Assembly: GCA_020137815.1 (NCBI GenBank) | Contig: CM035353.1 | Span: 5,456,001 to 5,520,000, forward strand | Direction of reading: 5' to 3' | DNA: 64,000 nucleotides | From: Hormiphora californensis | Taxonomy: Eukaryota > Animalia > Ctenophora | Shown: piece by piece, positions 43,226 to 57,344 of the stretch | Position numbering within the stretch: the stretch's first letter is position 1 | Layout: each line of letters opens with the position of its first letter | Notes under the pieces: generated by a model | What the model was told of the DNA's origin: nothing | The model's input: only the letters and a program-made list of their open reading frames with translations | Databases searched by the model: none | Made by a program: the position numbers and the translations under genes

Positions 43226-46200
43226 TTAGAACATCTCCCGTATATCTCTGAGACTGTGCCTGGGAAACTTCCGTCGTCTCACACTTTCACTTCCAAGATA
43301 CTTCAAATGTAAACCATTCAAACTCCCTCCCACCAGGTTACTAAAACCCAGCCGTCCCCTAAACTGTGGGCTATCCTCCACTGTCTGTCTTGTTGTGACT
43401 TCATTATCAGTCGGTCTGTCTTCTCTCCACCACTTTGTGACGTCATTATCAGTCGGTCTGTCTTCTCTCCAGCACCACTTACCATCCGGGTCGTTTATAT
43501 CACTAAACGGCACAACGTAGGTCAGCCACTCATTGCTCGGGTTTCTGTTCCGCTTGCTGAACGAACTCTGGAAGGACCTTCTCGTTCGGAAACTCTGTAA
43601 GGGAGGAGAAAATATTGGCAAAGTTGTCGATCCAGGGACTTCCTGTGACCCTTGTCAGCGCGGTTTGAGGGTTTCGGATGTGAGAGAGTTGCGGCGCGCA
43701 CCCTCCGCCAACCATATCGCGCGTTACGTCATGTTACAGATACAGGGTAGCGGCAGTTCTGCAGCAGCTGGTCAGGGAAAGTAGCGACGTGTGCAATATC
43801 TCACACCCCTATTCATTGCTCCATCATGATACCCCCATCATACATCCAGTAAAACACACGGTTATTCTTCGTCTTGATCAATGTCTCTTACCTTTGACAG
43901 TTTGCTTTGCATGTTAAGGGGTTTAACATTTTTATCAGTCTCCGCAAGTCTCTTCTCCAATAGAGCATGTGGACCAACCAGCTTGTTAAACACTGTCTCA
44001 AATGTTTGGGAGGATATGTCTCCGGGATACATTTTCAGGAGCTTTAGCATAAAGCTAGATGTTATTAGCGGTTCACGCATCTGACAGGGAATTAATTATT
44101 AATTTTATTTATATAAGTTTCATATAAACATAAGCTAATTAACCAAATAGTTACATACTGACCAGTATTGCACCATGGAGACCACTCTCTTTGAGTGCGG
44201 GGGTAAACTCAGCATACGCATTGGCAGACAGCCACTGTTTGACATTCTGGTGGCTCCAGAAGGTAACCTCAGCAGGTCTTGTCGTGTTGTCAATACGAGA
44301 TCGGTTTAGGTAGTTGGGGTTGAAATTACACTCACTGAGGTGGGGGGGGTTGAAGTTACACTCACTGAGGGGGGGGGGTAGCCGGTATTAAGAAGGATAA
44401 AACAAACTTGGACAATTGTTCGGTCAATTGAGGTGTGACTGTAGCTAATTAAAATGTCGTCCAAGTACGGACAATTTAAATAACTACCCATTACTCAAAT
44501 ACAAAACTCACCGTAGTAGCTCAACAGCCCGCATGATACTGACTGCGTGTAGACGTAATCTCACTTTTAGCTGATTCAAATCGTGATACGTTAGGAAGTT
44601 GAGAATGCGACCTGTTGGGAGGTAATCACACTCAGAGATAACTAAAAACATTCCCCTTTATGTGAGGTGTGCCGTGTGAGCAACCTTAATCGCTTCAACC
44701 CAATGTTGTCTAGCGAGAACAAAACCTCGTTATGTCTTCTTGTTTATACAATCATTGGACTATAACTAGTATCACAAGTTCTATGACCCTTCTTCACCCA
44801 CGTACACAAGTTCTATGACCCTTCTACACTGACAACGTACCGTCTACCATTGCCTCACGGAATGCAGGAACATGTTGAGGTAACCCTATGTCATGCAGCC
44901 ACGGTAGAACCCAACTGTCACATTTCAACTCCCCTGCTTCGTCCGGCTTCCCAATACTCTGAAGAACGGGGGATGAGAGTAGGGAATGTTATATTGGTTA
45001 CTTCTTTCCAATACTCTGAAGAACGGGGGTAGAATGGGAGTGGTGGATGTTATATTGGTTACTCTGGTAACAGCCTCCCAGCTTGGCAGAAACTAGAAAG
45101 ATGAGTATTTGAGTATTTATACTGATGCAGTTGTAATGAAGAAAGAAGACTGTTACATATCGCAATCAGAGAGGGGGGATGATGACATCATGATCATGTT
45201 ATTACATAGTAAACCACGGGGAATTGTTGTAAGTCTTACCCGCAGGGCAAGAACTAGCTTCTTGACGTGGAGAGGGTGCTTGATTCCAAGTTGTTCCAGA
45301 CCATTGATATCCAACTTTAGCACTTTTGCACCTGCCGGGAAGGGGGGGGGAGTCAGTGAGAGATAGAGATATACTATACAGTTGAATTCATGACGATGTT
45401 CTGAACGTCTACCCCTGGATTTAACATGAACACAGTCTACAGTACCAGGCTACTACAGCTATACTAGAGAATCCGTAGTATAGACAGACAGGCAACTACT
45501 AGAGAGAGACAGACAGGAGGCGGGTAATATAACAGGTGAATGATATTTCGTGGAATAAATGCATGAAACATATTGCACGTGTATCTGTATGAATGTGAAG
45601 AGACTATGTATAAAGTGCATTAAAGTCCATTTTTTTTCAAAGCCACGTGTCGGTATATTAGAATTATATGTCCCAACACACAGCACCAACTTGCACTATG
45701 TTCTAACCCTCCTTTATGGGGCGCAGTAAAACAGGGTCGAGCAATAAAAGGTACGTACCCACCCACACAGTTACACACCCACCTGTCCATCCAGCTGGTA
45801 GCTTCTGACCGAACATGCCCAGTCCCTGGGTATCCATCCACTGGTGTAGCTTCCACGTCTCCCAACCTAGAAACCCTGATTTCTCAAGATCACCCGTACT
45901 GAAACAAATAACACAGTATATTACACAGTAGGGCTGCAGTTACTTGCCGGGAAAACCCTTTATCCCCTGAGCATCCCGGTAAATCGGGATCCGACTGTAT
46001 GTCCATCCTGATCTCTCTCACCTGATGGTCAGCAGCTCCTCTAGAGTATGTTCCCCCAACATACATGGATACATAACACGGGTCTTGTCTACCTGCAGCA
46101 ACGAATATCCTGTCTCCGTGCTGCCGTGCCTCCTGATAAGAGAGAGATGAGATGATCAGGAAATACTGGTCCCTGATTGGCTGATAACCAGTCACGTGAC

Positions 46201-47871
46201 CTAAATAACGAGTTATGATTGGTTGTTTACTTGACTCCGTGCTTCCATGTCTCCTGATAAGTGAGAGATGAGATGAGCATTGTCTATCACGTTATCTTGA
46301 GATAAACGGTTATAAATCTGAGAAATAATTCTAATGAACGAATGGACCCGTTTATCATAGAACAAATAAAGCTATGACACACACAATGTATCACGCTGTA
46401 ATAACCCTACAAATGTAAAGGAGGGTCAGGACAAATAATTCTGTAACCTTACCCTCTCAGATCCTTCTTTGAACCAAATATATTCTTCAGCCAACCCTTT
46501 CCTCCTCTCCCCGGTGTATCCTTCTCCGCACTATAAGTAGAGTTAGTCTCGAACTGGGATAGATTCGGATCGGATACTGATTTCTTGGCACGACTGCCAG
46601 TCCCACCCGATCGCACCTTGTGGACTGCCTTACTCATAGACGCAAACAGGCCTAGGGGAGGGGGCAGTTGGAACAATTGAACGGCAAATGTATTTTACAG
46701 ATTGCAATTGGTGATTGGAGACCATTAACAAATAAAGGAGACTGTTAAAACTGGTTTGACTATAAATTAAATTTTGAAGGTATATGGCAAGGCGTGAACT
46801 AAAAAGATTTGCATTATATAACACGCAATATATCATGTTCTCACTATGAAACCAAAGGAAAGCTATTTGATGACATGCTGCAAACTTTCTGCCAGGCGCA
46901 CTATATGACATCGTTGGGCGGAGGTAGGGTCGAACAAGGAAAGGTGGAGGCTACTTTAACACTGGTGTCTGTATGTGTGTGTGTGTACCGGGCAGAGTGA
47001 GATATTATCGAGAAATGAGACAAGCCAAGCGGCGGAGAAAAAAAGGCGGGAAGAAAATGAAAAATGACATATATTTGAAGACATACAAACTCTACCTTTG
47101 TTACGTTGCCGGCTTTGCATACTGTTGGGAGTGAAATTTTGGCTGGTTGGAGTTGTTGCAGTGGGAGTTGCACGTTGGAGGGTGGCGGACTTTTGGAATG
47201 TAGGGGAGAGAGCAACTGCCCTCAGATCCCGTTCATCTAATGTTTTAACCTGCGAAAATGACATAGTTCAGATCTTTTCAAATGATCTACTCAAACATGA
47301 TGTTCACCGTAGCAGCTGCTGTCGTTACCTTCCCATCTCTGACAGAGGCTGCTGTCGCTGTGTTTCGTCTCTCAAATGTGATCGGGCTAAGCTTGTTTCC
47401 ATTAGGATGAGGGGTCACTGGTGTCCGTGGGCCCAGGTTTTGGTGAGAATTGTACTTCCTCTGGTGACCAGGAGCGATGTAGGTACCCTGGTGCTCCTGC
47501 CTCAACTTTGCTTTCTCTCGTTTCAGCTTTTCAACTTCAGTTTCTATGAAAGGTATGGTTTGAAAACTGTAACTAAAATTCAAGGTTACATGGACTGGTA
47601 TCAATTATAAATGTTTCAAATGATTTTACTTACTGAGTTCAACAAGCTGTTTCTCATAGTTTCCTTGACCTGAAACGGTTTTAATAAGTTACTAACACCG
47701 CAATTAACATGAACTAAACAACATACATTTCTTATTTAGATCTGTGACGTGTAGTTCATCCAGAAGTAGTGAAACATGGCTCTTTAAAGTTCTGATTTCC
47801 TCCTGTTGTTGGCTGATGAGACTATTTAGCACCACCAGATCATCACTTGTTAGAGTCTCACAGCTCAACAT
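43226..47871 (-). CDS. Liprin-beta / kazrin-like protein: N-terminal coiled coil plus three SAM domains
   Basis: Spliced exons give WETWKLHQWMDTQGLGMF..GAKVLKLDINGLEQLGIKHPLHVKKLVLALR (SAM1), SWVLPWLHDIGLPQHVPAFREAMVDGRILNFLTYHDL..LHAVSIMRAVELLR (SAM2) and FWSHQNVKQWLSANAYAEFTPALKESGLHGAIL (SAM3). ATG at 47869-47871; the 3' end may continue via ~42994-43070. Confidence 0.88.
46156..46232. mobile_element. Truncated hAT-type MITE (same family)
   Basis: Internal sequence tcaggaaatactggtccctgattggctgataaccagtcacgtgacctaaataacgag without TIRs. Confidence 0.8.
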
Positions 47872-48938
47872 TCTGGTTTTGTGTTGTCCAAAGACAACCT
47901 TTCTGTCTTTTCGGTGCTTCTTTTTGCAAGAAACCCAGGAAGCAAGGGAGAAAAAAAATCGAAAGCGACTTCGTTTGAAAAATTTCAAACTCGAAAGTTG
48001 TCATGATGGCTTCGTCGCGTGTAACGACCAACGCGCGCTTAACTGAACGTACTTGGCGCGGCGTCTTATTTGCGCGTGTGACAGAGTCACCACTTGCGCG
48101 GCAACACATGCCAGTAAGTCACGGCGCGCTACAGTATTGCCCTTTTCACAGAATCACGAGAGGGACAAGTGGCGTGATATTGGTCATCGGTCAGAAGATG
48201 GGTAATTTTACACCATCAAATTGTGCAGTGACAGGAAATAAATTAGACAATCAAGACTTCAGAGTTTTCTGGAAAAGAGGAAAAATCCCCAGGTTTTAGG
48301 GTTACACACTACAAATTAGATCGTGCCAGATAAATGGGGTCGGGGTCACACAATGTAGATGGTCCGACACTCTCTTTCTCTGTAACCCAACGCAAGTTAA
48401 CAGGTAAAAAACGGCACCGAAACACCTCTATCTCTCTCGCTTATCCCATCAGTCTCTCTCTTTCTATCTCTCCATCTTTCTTTCCTTCTTAATTAAAAAA
48501 TGCCTTTTGGCGATAGCCAACAAAAATGAACAAAGCAGTATTATTATAGCAGTATTAGTCACAAGTAACTCCTAAAAGGAGAGATAATTAAGTTGATCAA
48601 AATAACCAAAGGTGTGTGCGATCAACACTTAGTGTGAAAAACGCGAACAAATGTAATACATTTAAGCAATAATCGATATATTAATTGAAAGTCTGTCCTT
48701 TTCAAAAACAAAATAATCAACTCACTGAAATAGAGTTTTATTATTTATCTCTCTCTCACATCTTCTTTCACATTCTCTGTCACACACTATATATAATCGT
48801 CCTCTCTCTCCCTCATTCACACCTAGAGTTCTCTGAAGGCTGAGAGGAAAAGCGGATCCGGGCCGCAAGCTATTCTGCGATAGAAATTTTTATGAAGGAG
48901 CAGGGTCGGGGTGGTTTTTGTGGGTTGATCCGTAGGTC

Positions 48939-51900
48939 TTACTCAACCTTTCCATATGTCGGCATGAAAAACTTCCTTGCACCGGTTTTATCTCCACTTC
49001 TGTCCTTCTTTCGGGTTATTGCCTCGTGCGATACCGTCCTGATGGAAAGGAAGGGAATGTTAAAAGCAGGATAATTGTTGTTTAATATTCTAACCCTATA
49101 ACCGGGGCGCATTGAAAGAGGGTCGATCAAGGCAATATAATTGTTTTGTTCTAACCCTCCTTTACATTTGTAAAGCTCGCGAAAAGGGGGTCGAGCTAGG
49201 CAACAAGATAATTGTACATTTCTTAGAAAAGGAAGGAATAGAAATCACGTTATCGCGATGCAGCTGCAGCTCAGCTGCTAACAATAATTTGATCAGTAGG
49301 TTTTTTAGCTTCTAGAGAAGCAGATAGTGCCCCCTCTCCCTCATGAGGGAGAGGGGGCACTATCTGCTTCTCTAGAATTTAGAAAAGGTGTGGCTTGTGC
49401 GTTATCTGGCTATGAATAGCCAGATAACGCACAAGCCACACCTTTTCTAAATTCTGATTTCTTCGTAGCCACCTTTTTCTCGGCAAGGGTTGCCCAGTAA
49501 AATAAAGGGAGCTTAAAATGTGGAGTAAGTCATTGTCCCTCCGTTCGTTCATTTGACGAGGAAATGAAAAAAGGGAGGGACAATGACTTACTCCACATGT
49601 ATTAACCGAACCAAAGAATATAATCTTACTGTATACCAGAATTATATTGACTTATTTTAGTTGACAAACAGGTCCGGACCAAAATATTTCCCTAATTTTA
49701 CAGATCTCTCATCATTATACAGGGTGTCCCACTGTCTTTGCGTGACCTGTGATTTTGGGTGATGAGTGGGTTCCATTCAAATGCTCATAACTCATCGAAA
49801 AATAGGTCAAAACGGCTCAACCAAAAACAGTGTTGTAGAGAATTGTCAGGCGAACATTTGGGTACAAGATTGATTTTCCAAGTCTTACCAACCGTCAGAT
49901 ATATCGTCTTAAAGTCAAAAATACGTGTTCATGAAATCCGACCGGGGTTCGCGTTTTGAAAAATTCACAAATGCAAAGTTGCTCGGATCACATTGCATCC
50001 CGCATAAGAGTTGTAAGAAATTGTCTGGCGGTCATTTTGGTACCCGAGTTTTCATCCTAGCTCAATGTTTAGAGTGTCTTATGACTGTCAGAACTGGAAT
50101 TTTCACAAAAGTGGTCTCAGGTATCGCATTACATTTTGCCCTGTTATGAAGCTCATTGCTGCTTGAATAACATCTTAGTGCATGATAGGGTTGAGATAGA
50201 CCACTTGCGTATCCTACACATTAACAGGGGCCTTGCTAAATCGTCATAACAACCCTGTCAAGTGTCTAGATGAAATTGAGACGATATGTGCTGATTATCA
50301 TGGGATTACACACGACACCGAGCCACCTAATTAGGGGTTGTGAGCCGATACCAACTAAGACTCAGCGTAGACAAATCTTCATGTTCCTACAGTCATAACG
50401 CAACTTAAACGTAGAGCTATGGACAAAATCATGATATCAAAATGAACCTTAGACGATTCCAATGAAGCTCTTATAAATTTCAAACCATTTTACCCATTTG
50501 TTGATGACACGTGATACCCTCAAAAATGTTGGTTGAATTTCGTCTTTAGACAGTCATAAGACACTCTAAACATTGAGCTAGGACAAAAACCCGGGTACTA
50601 AAGTGACCGCCAGACAATTTTCTACAACTTTTATGAGAGATGCAATGTGATCCGAGCAACTTTGCATTTGTGAATTTTTCAAAACGTGAACCCCGGTCGG
50701 ATTTCATGAACACGTATTTTTGACTTTAAGACGATATATCTGACGGTTGGTAAGACTCGGAACATCAATCGTGTACCCAAATGTTCGCCTGACAATTCTC
50801 TACAACACTGTTTTTGGTTGAGCTGTTTTGACCTATTTTTCGATGAGTTATGAGCATTTGAATGGAACCCACTCATCACCCAAAATCACAGGTCACGCAA
50901 AGACAGTGGGACACCCTGTATATATCTCCCATACCAACCAATTACCTGAGATCATAGGCCTGGCCGCACAAGTACATAAGGTCGATGAAGATGGTAGTTA
51001 TGTTAAAGCTGTATCCCATCTCGCTAGTCTGGTAATCGTACGGGAAGGAGTGGTGGAAGTTGTGGAAGCCCTCTCCGATTGCTCCGAGTGACACCAGATA
51101 GTTCTCGGCAGGGTTGATTTCACTGTCGTATGGCCGGACCCCGTAGTAGTGGGCCAGAGAGTTTACCAGCCACGTCATGTGGAGCGTGAACACATACCTG
51201 CCAGGGTGAGTTAGGTGAGATGGGGCCGGGGATGGGGCGGGTTAGGGTTGAGAAAGTAGATTGGGGCCGGGGAATGGATAAAAGGAAAGCGATGGAGACG
51301 AAAATGAGAAAGAAATCTAGAAAGAAGGATCTAGCTAAAGAAATCGAAAGAGAGAAATAGAGTGAGCAGGGTAGAAAAATAGACAGCGAGAGATTGAACA
51401 AGAAAGTACCTGAAACATCCCGCAACACAGAAGGCTGTAAATGCACCCTCTCCCCAGCCCAGCCAGGGAACAATGGTTGGCATGGCAGCACACACCGCCC
51501 AGAAAAGTGGGAAGTAGTACTTCCTCTGGAAGGCAATAATGGGATCATTAATCAGGTCATCATAGTTCAACTTAGCACCGTATGTCCTCACATCGGGGTG
51601 TTTCTTAACCAACAGCCATCCAACATGGGCAAAGAACATTCCTGGGAGGGGAAGAGGGGAATGGTTTTTTGTTTTTCATCTTTACTCCTTCAACCTCTAA
51701 TTTCTCTTCTCAGGGTGCCTGGTTAGAGGAACCCAATACGACTATAATCGTAAGTGACTCATGTCTCGTTTAATCATGACACTAAACTACACTAAACCAC
51801 ACTAAACCACACTAAATCACACTAAACCACACTACTAAACCACACTAACCTCTGTTAGCGTTGTAAGGATCAGCGTTGGTCTCGCTCCACTTGTGGTGAA

Positions 51901-52864
51901 CCCTGTGATCTCTGCTCCACTGGTACAAGTCATCCTGTCCAGCGAGGGTCTGGCACAACATCAGGAACGCTGAAATGGGGTGGTGAGGGGTGAGAGGAGT
52001 AGAAGGGTGAGAAGAGAGGCTGAAAGGGGATGGTGAGGGGGTTGAACGCTGGAAGAGGAATGGTGGGGGGTGATGGTTACGAGATGGGAGTGGGTGTGGT
52101 AAGACCTCGTGTTGGAAGTTTGCCAACAATAACAATAACTCCTTATGGAAACAATGGTACGCGGCGACATCTCCTCGTTTTGTTGTAGCCTCCATACGAA
52201 AGCAATATATACTATAACATTGAGACTAACTTGATTGTGACGTATATGATACTTACCTCTTAGTAGCGGTGTGGCCTTGTATGATTTGTGTGCCCAAAGC
52301 CGGTGTGCTCCGGCCGTGATTCCTAATCCTCCTAAGACGTAGAGGGCAACTGAGAATAATAGGGTCTTCCACTGAGCGTATAGTACAGCCTGGCGGGGAG
52401 TGTGATTAGAGAGAGATAGGGGTAATGAATCACAACTGTCCAGACTAAAACATACAAAAATTTACAAATTATACGACCACCTAAAGTCTAAAGTCTAGGT
52501 TTACAAATTAGATATCCCCAAATTGTCCAACCACCTTAAGTCTCAAGATGTCAATCAGGGCCAGCGAACATCAATGGAATCCTCCTCCTCTTCCTCCTCC
52601 TCACAATCTCTCTCCTCTCGGCAGAGTTTAACTACAAACGCAATGCAAACAAGGACAACCAGGAAGCCGATTAGTAACATCAAAATGAGAGGTAGTGCAG
52701 AGGTAGTGCACCGGGCTTAGCGTTGTATAACACTGTCGGCGGAATTAGTGGCCATTATAAACCCTATGTCTCCCTCTCTCTTTCCACCCCCTCTAGTCTT
52801 TCTCTCTCTCTCTCCCTATATTTCTCTCTTTCTCTCTCTCTCTCTCCCTATATTTCTCTCCCTA

Positions 52865-52952
<88 letters not shown>

Positions 52953-53660
52953 CCTATCTTTCTCTCTCTCTCTCTATGTAATCCTGCCAACTGCTTAATT
53001 CTCTCATGCGTGTCGATTAATTTCTAGTGCAAAAACCGAGGAAAATACAATGAGGGGGAGTTAAAAAGGTCGTGCAAATTTTAAATTGAACATAATTCAA
53101 CTAAATTTTAAATTTAGCAGAGAATATATAATTCATCCACCGCCCGCAGGTTCTACTGCATGCACTTCCAGGTTACGTTTCCCGTTTATATTTAATTGTG
53201 ATTCCTATACCACAGCGTTTGTATTTAAATTTTCGGAATGGCCAGAACTGGGCTATATTTAAAATATTAATCACAACATAATTTATCAATTCCTTCTCTT
53301 TTACTACTTACAAGATAGAATCCGTAAGTGGCAAGTGCATGGAGGACCACCATGTTGTACACATTCATCCAGACAATCTCCAGGGTCATATCCTGGAAAG
53401 AAAGGGGTTGTTACAAAACATTGCATTGTTAGGAATAGCTGTTTAATCTACCGAACCCTCACAGAGCCCGGGCCACACAGGGAATAGTGGGATGAAAATA
53501 ACATGATTGATATGTACCAAGCTAATATGCTTACTTTGAAGTCTTCTGATGGCTTGAAATCCTTTGGATGCAAGAGTTGTGGTACTGGATCACCATTTTC
53601 ACTGCTATCAGATTCCCCGACCTTAGAGGCGACCTTTTCCCCCTTAATACACGGACCCAT
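48939..53660 (-). CDS. SCD: Stearoyl-CoA (delta-9) desaturase, complete, 7 exons (53535-53660, 53312-53392, 52257-52389, 51850-51969, 51410-51641, 50946-51197, 48939-49038; 347 aa)
   Basis: His boxes GITAGAHRLWAH, WSRDHRVHHKWSET.ADP and GEGFHNFHHSFPYDY, plus FFAHVGWLL and TWLVNSLAH; all junctions are GT-AG and phase-compatible. Confidence 0.96.
49310..49598. other. Cluster of three hairpins/palindromes in the last SCD intron
   Basis: 49310-49377 perfect 68-bp palindrome; 49374-49455 40-bp arms with 2-nt loop; 49518-49598 ~25-bp arms. Confidence 0.9.
49720..50918. mobile_element. Non-autonomous Tc1/mariner element with long (~370-bp) TIRs
   Basis: TA|cagggtgtcccactgtctttgcg...cgcaaagacagtgggacaccctg|TA; mirror ORFs 49759-49959 / 50679-50879. 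Confidence 0.9.
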
Positions 53661-53745
53661 AGTCCTGGCTAGTCGAGGTGTGGAGGTTATAACAGCTAAT
53701 ATCAAAGATAAAAAAGGCGTTTGCAAGAGGTTCAATTTCCAAGAT

Positions 53746-54997
53746 ATATAGTACATAACGTTCTGCACGCAGTGCAAGCGCGCCATATACGCTCTGCACT
53801 GCAGAGCGTATATGGAGGTGAAATGCACGACAGCGCAGCTGGAGTGCATTTCACACCTATATTGCACGAGTGAAACGAGTGCGATATAGGAGCGCTTGCA
53901 CATGCCGTGCAGGACGTTATTGAGTATGGTGGGCGGACTCTAGTGCTAACGGACTCTTTATCTAAATCCAAGGCGGACTCTATATCTAAAAACGGACTCT
54001 TTATCTACAGTTAGATTTTGAAAAAAGTTTAGATAAAGAGTCCTCCCTGTGTAGACTTTTTAGATAAAGAGTCCGCCCAGTGTAGAATTTTTAGATATAG
54101 AGTCCTCTAGTACATTTTGGCGCCAAATCCTCCAACCCGGACTCTATATCTAAAATCCTAACCCAACCCAAAACCTAACCCTAACACTAACCCTAACCCT
54201 AACCTCGAACCCAAATAACGGCCCTAACACTTCTAAATTAGTATAGGGGTAGAGCAAACTCTCGTTTCCGGCCTAACGGCCGAAATCTCGAGTTCGCGGC
54301 GAAAGGCGGACTCTATATCTAATTTAGATTTATGTAGATATAGATTCCACTTTGTTTAGACTTTTTAGATAAAGAGTCCGCCCTGTGTAGACTTTTTAGA
54401 TAAAGAGTCCTCCTAGAGTTTAGACTTATTTGGACTCTTTATCTAAATCTAAATTTAGATATAGAGTCCACTGTAGACTTAGAGTGTAGCACTAGAGTAC
54501 GCACACCATTGAGTATATATTCCGCGAGAAAACACATGACAAGCAAAACAATCATAATTTTGGGTGATTACACACAGAGAGATGTGACAAAACAAGGTAC
54601 AAACTAAGCAAAACTACACAAAAATACACTTCTACACCTCTTACACACAAGGGAACAAGTTCTGTTAGTTTTAATTAGTGAAAAGAAGAGAGAGATACAG
54701 TGAGAGATACGAGAGAGGGAGATTGGAATTCTTGGAAATAGCAAACAACAAAACATGATAAGGGGATAATTAGTGAGAGAAAGAGGAAGAGTGAGTGTAA
54801 AATGGCAGACTGTGTGTCGTGTAGTACCTTGTCAGTCATATTCTGTGTGTTTGTGTGTAAATAAGGTGTAAAAACACATTTCTCACTTATATCCCGCTAC
54901 CTCTATATCTGCACGCTCCCGCGGAAGCACAGTGCATATTTCAGCGTGCAAATGGTCGCGCACAGCGGGAGTGATATGTGCACTCGCGGTATATATA
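53746..54997. mobile_element. Dispersed repeat (relative of 6564-7150) hosting a nested MITE, just upstream of the SCD ATG
   Basis: Both ends match 6564-7150 in reverse; flanked by (TA)n. Confidence 0.7.
53928..54507. mobile_element. Foldback MITE with GG termini and 9-bp TSD attgagtat (Mutator/Merlin-like), containing CCCTAA repeats
   Basis: TIR ggtgggcggactctagtgcta / tagcactagagtacgcacacc; TSD at 53919-53927 and 54508-54516; many ggactctttatcta subrepeats. Confidence 0.82.
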
Positions 54998-55438
54998 TGT
55001 TATGAATCAAAACTATACACGGATGAGAATGAACCGCCCTCTCGTCCAGACCAATAATATTAAACAACTGAGGTCAGCACGGAGAACCCGTGTCTCTCCC
55101 TCTGCTAACGTAAGTCACGCTCAAAGAAGATAAGAGGCGCTTGTAATTTTAGAAAGGGGTCTGAGAACACAGGGTCTGAGAGGCAAAAGGGGGGCGTAAG
55201 TAGAGAACGAGAAAAAGAGAGAAGATAAGAAGATGCGGCATGAGACTTAGAAGCCATGCTATTTCTACACGACCCAGTGTCTACCTTCCCCTATCTCTCC
55301 CCGTCTCTCGCTATCGGCCTCCCTCTCCGCTTTCCCTCTCCTCTCTCCCTCTCTTTCCCCCCCTGCTCTCTCTATCTCTCGCTCTCTCTCTCTCTGCCCC
55401 TCTCTCCCCTCCCTCTCTCTCCTCTCCTCTCTTTTCCC

Positions 55439-55472
<34 letters not shown>

Positions 55473-57284
55473 CTCTCTCCCCCTCTCCCTTTTCTCCCCT
55501 CCTCCCTTTTTCCTTCGAATTTAGGGGGTTGGTTTGGCCGTCCTTCTTCTGGATTTGGGGGGTTTAGAGGAAGTAATTTTCTTCCAAGAAACTGGGCGAT
55601 TTCACATAAGTTACCCTACTTTAATCTCAGGGACTTTGAAATTGAAATAAACCTAAAATGTAATGGTTTAGGTGGGGTTAGAGCATAAGTTCAACAATTT
55701 AGGGTTTTCAAGTCACAAGAATCAACATTTTGCATCAAAAAGTAGTTTATGTTAAGATCTGCCAGTAAAGTTTGGAGTGTAACCCAACTAATGTACAGGT
55801 TTTGTGGAGGTTTCCCAAGTTTGAAGGCAAGAGCTGTTTCTGTGGTGTTGTGGTCAAGGGGCTTTCATACCCCAAACCCCTTTTTTTTTCCCCCCCCCCC
55901 CCCCGCAACCGTAATTTTTCACGTAAAAGGGGAAGGGGATAAGGCCCCGCTTTATTTTAAAAAACCCGGTTGAGAACCCCTCTGGGAACAATAATAAAAT
56001 GGGGTCCACGGAGAACCCTGTCCCCCTTGTAACGAAGTCACGCAAGAGTATATGGCTTGTAATTTCTAGAAAGGGTCTGAGAACACCTCTCCAGAGTTAT
56101 CTAAATAGAGAACGAGAAGAGCTTACAGCCAGATATCGCTCAGGATACTCTGAGCGCTCCTCGTCCTTTAGCTCGAATACCGGTCTCAGCGTCTCACCTA
56201 TCCGTAAGCGAGCTCCCGTATGGTGCCAGCCCTGGATCAGGCAGTTCCGGGATGATAGGCGCTCAGCTTTTGGATGACGAGCGCTACTGCTCGGGCTAAC
56301 TGCTTTGTAGACTGGACGAGTGGGGGGCCCCCCCCGGGGAGTTTTGTGGAAGAAAATTGAAAGAGAGAGAGAAAGCAGAGTAGCGGTAAGGAAGTGAAGA
56401 GATGGAGAGAGAGAGAATATTTTCTCCAAGATAACATGGGGGCATTGCCCAAGTACCCTCGACTTTAATCTCAAACCTTTGAAATTGAATAAACTAAACT
56501 GAATGGATTTTTAGTGGAGGTGAGAAGTGCAAGGTACAAGACAAAGGTTTCCAGGTGGTTGTCTCAAAGTCACAATGATACTCAACACTTTTAATGAATC
56601 ATGTTACAAATCAAGTAGTGATGAAGATCTGCCAGTGAAAGTTTGGAGTGAGTAACCAATCTAATTGTACAAGCTGTGTGTGTGTGTGGTATGTGCTTGC
56701 TCTCAGAGTGTGTGTAAAGTGAATACTGAGCTTGCTGGCAGTGTGTGACATTAGAAATTATAATAGTTAAATGTACCAGTTACGTGATCGGGAGTATCAG
56801 TTACATATGCGGGAGTGGGGCACATTATTGTACATATAGGACACTTTTATTGTACACATTATTGTACATCTATAGGACCTAGATTCTAGGTTGTAGATGA
56901 AGGGAGCAATTAGAATGGGAAGGAAGAGACACAATCAATATAGATCATGTTAAAAGGAAGTAGGGAGACGGGAAATAGAAGTTATTTTTCCCTTTGAAGG
57001 GAAATATTGTCAATCATTTAAGCGGATCATGATAGAGCAAAAAGAAAGGGGAAATAAAGACATCTCGGCAAGGAAAGAAACTGTATGGTGCATAGTAAAC
57101 GAGCTAACCAGATAGAGAGAAGGAGAGACACAGGGGAGAGGGTGACAGAGATGGAGAAAGCGAGAGAGCGATAGAGTCTTCAGAGAGGGGGTGTGCAAAA
57201 AAATGATAGCAATCTTTTCCTATTCTACCCATCTCTGATCAATCGATCGATATCGAAGAGTTGCTGATTAATTGACAACAGAGA

Positions 57285-57344
<60 letters not shown>

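Noticed and set aside
47972-47995. Loose resemblance to a ctenophore spliced-leader 5' sequence upstream of the liprin ATG
   Set aside because: Short AT-rich match from memory only; no donor site or Sm-site structure of an SL RNA gene.
55990-56330. Complex sequence with 92-125 aa ORFs and a degraded copy at ~55080-55210
   Set aside because: No recognisable domain or consistent splice frame; flanked by low-quality sequence, possibly a misassembled duplicate.
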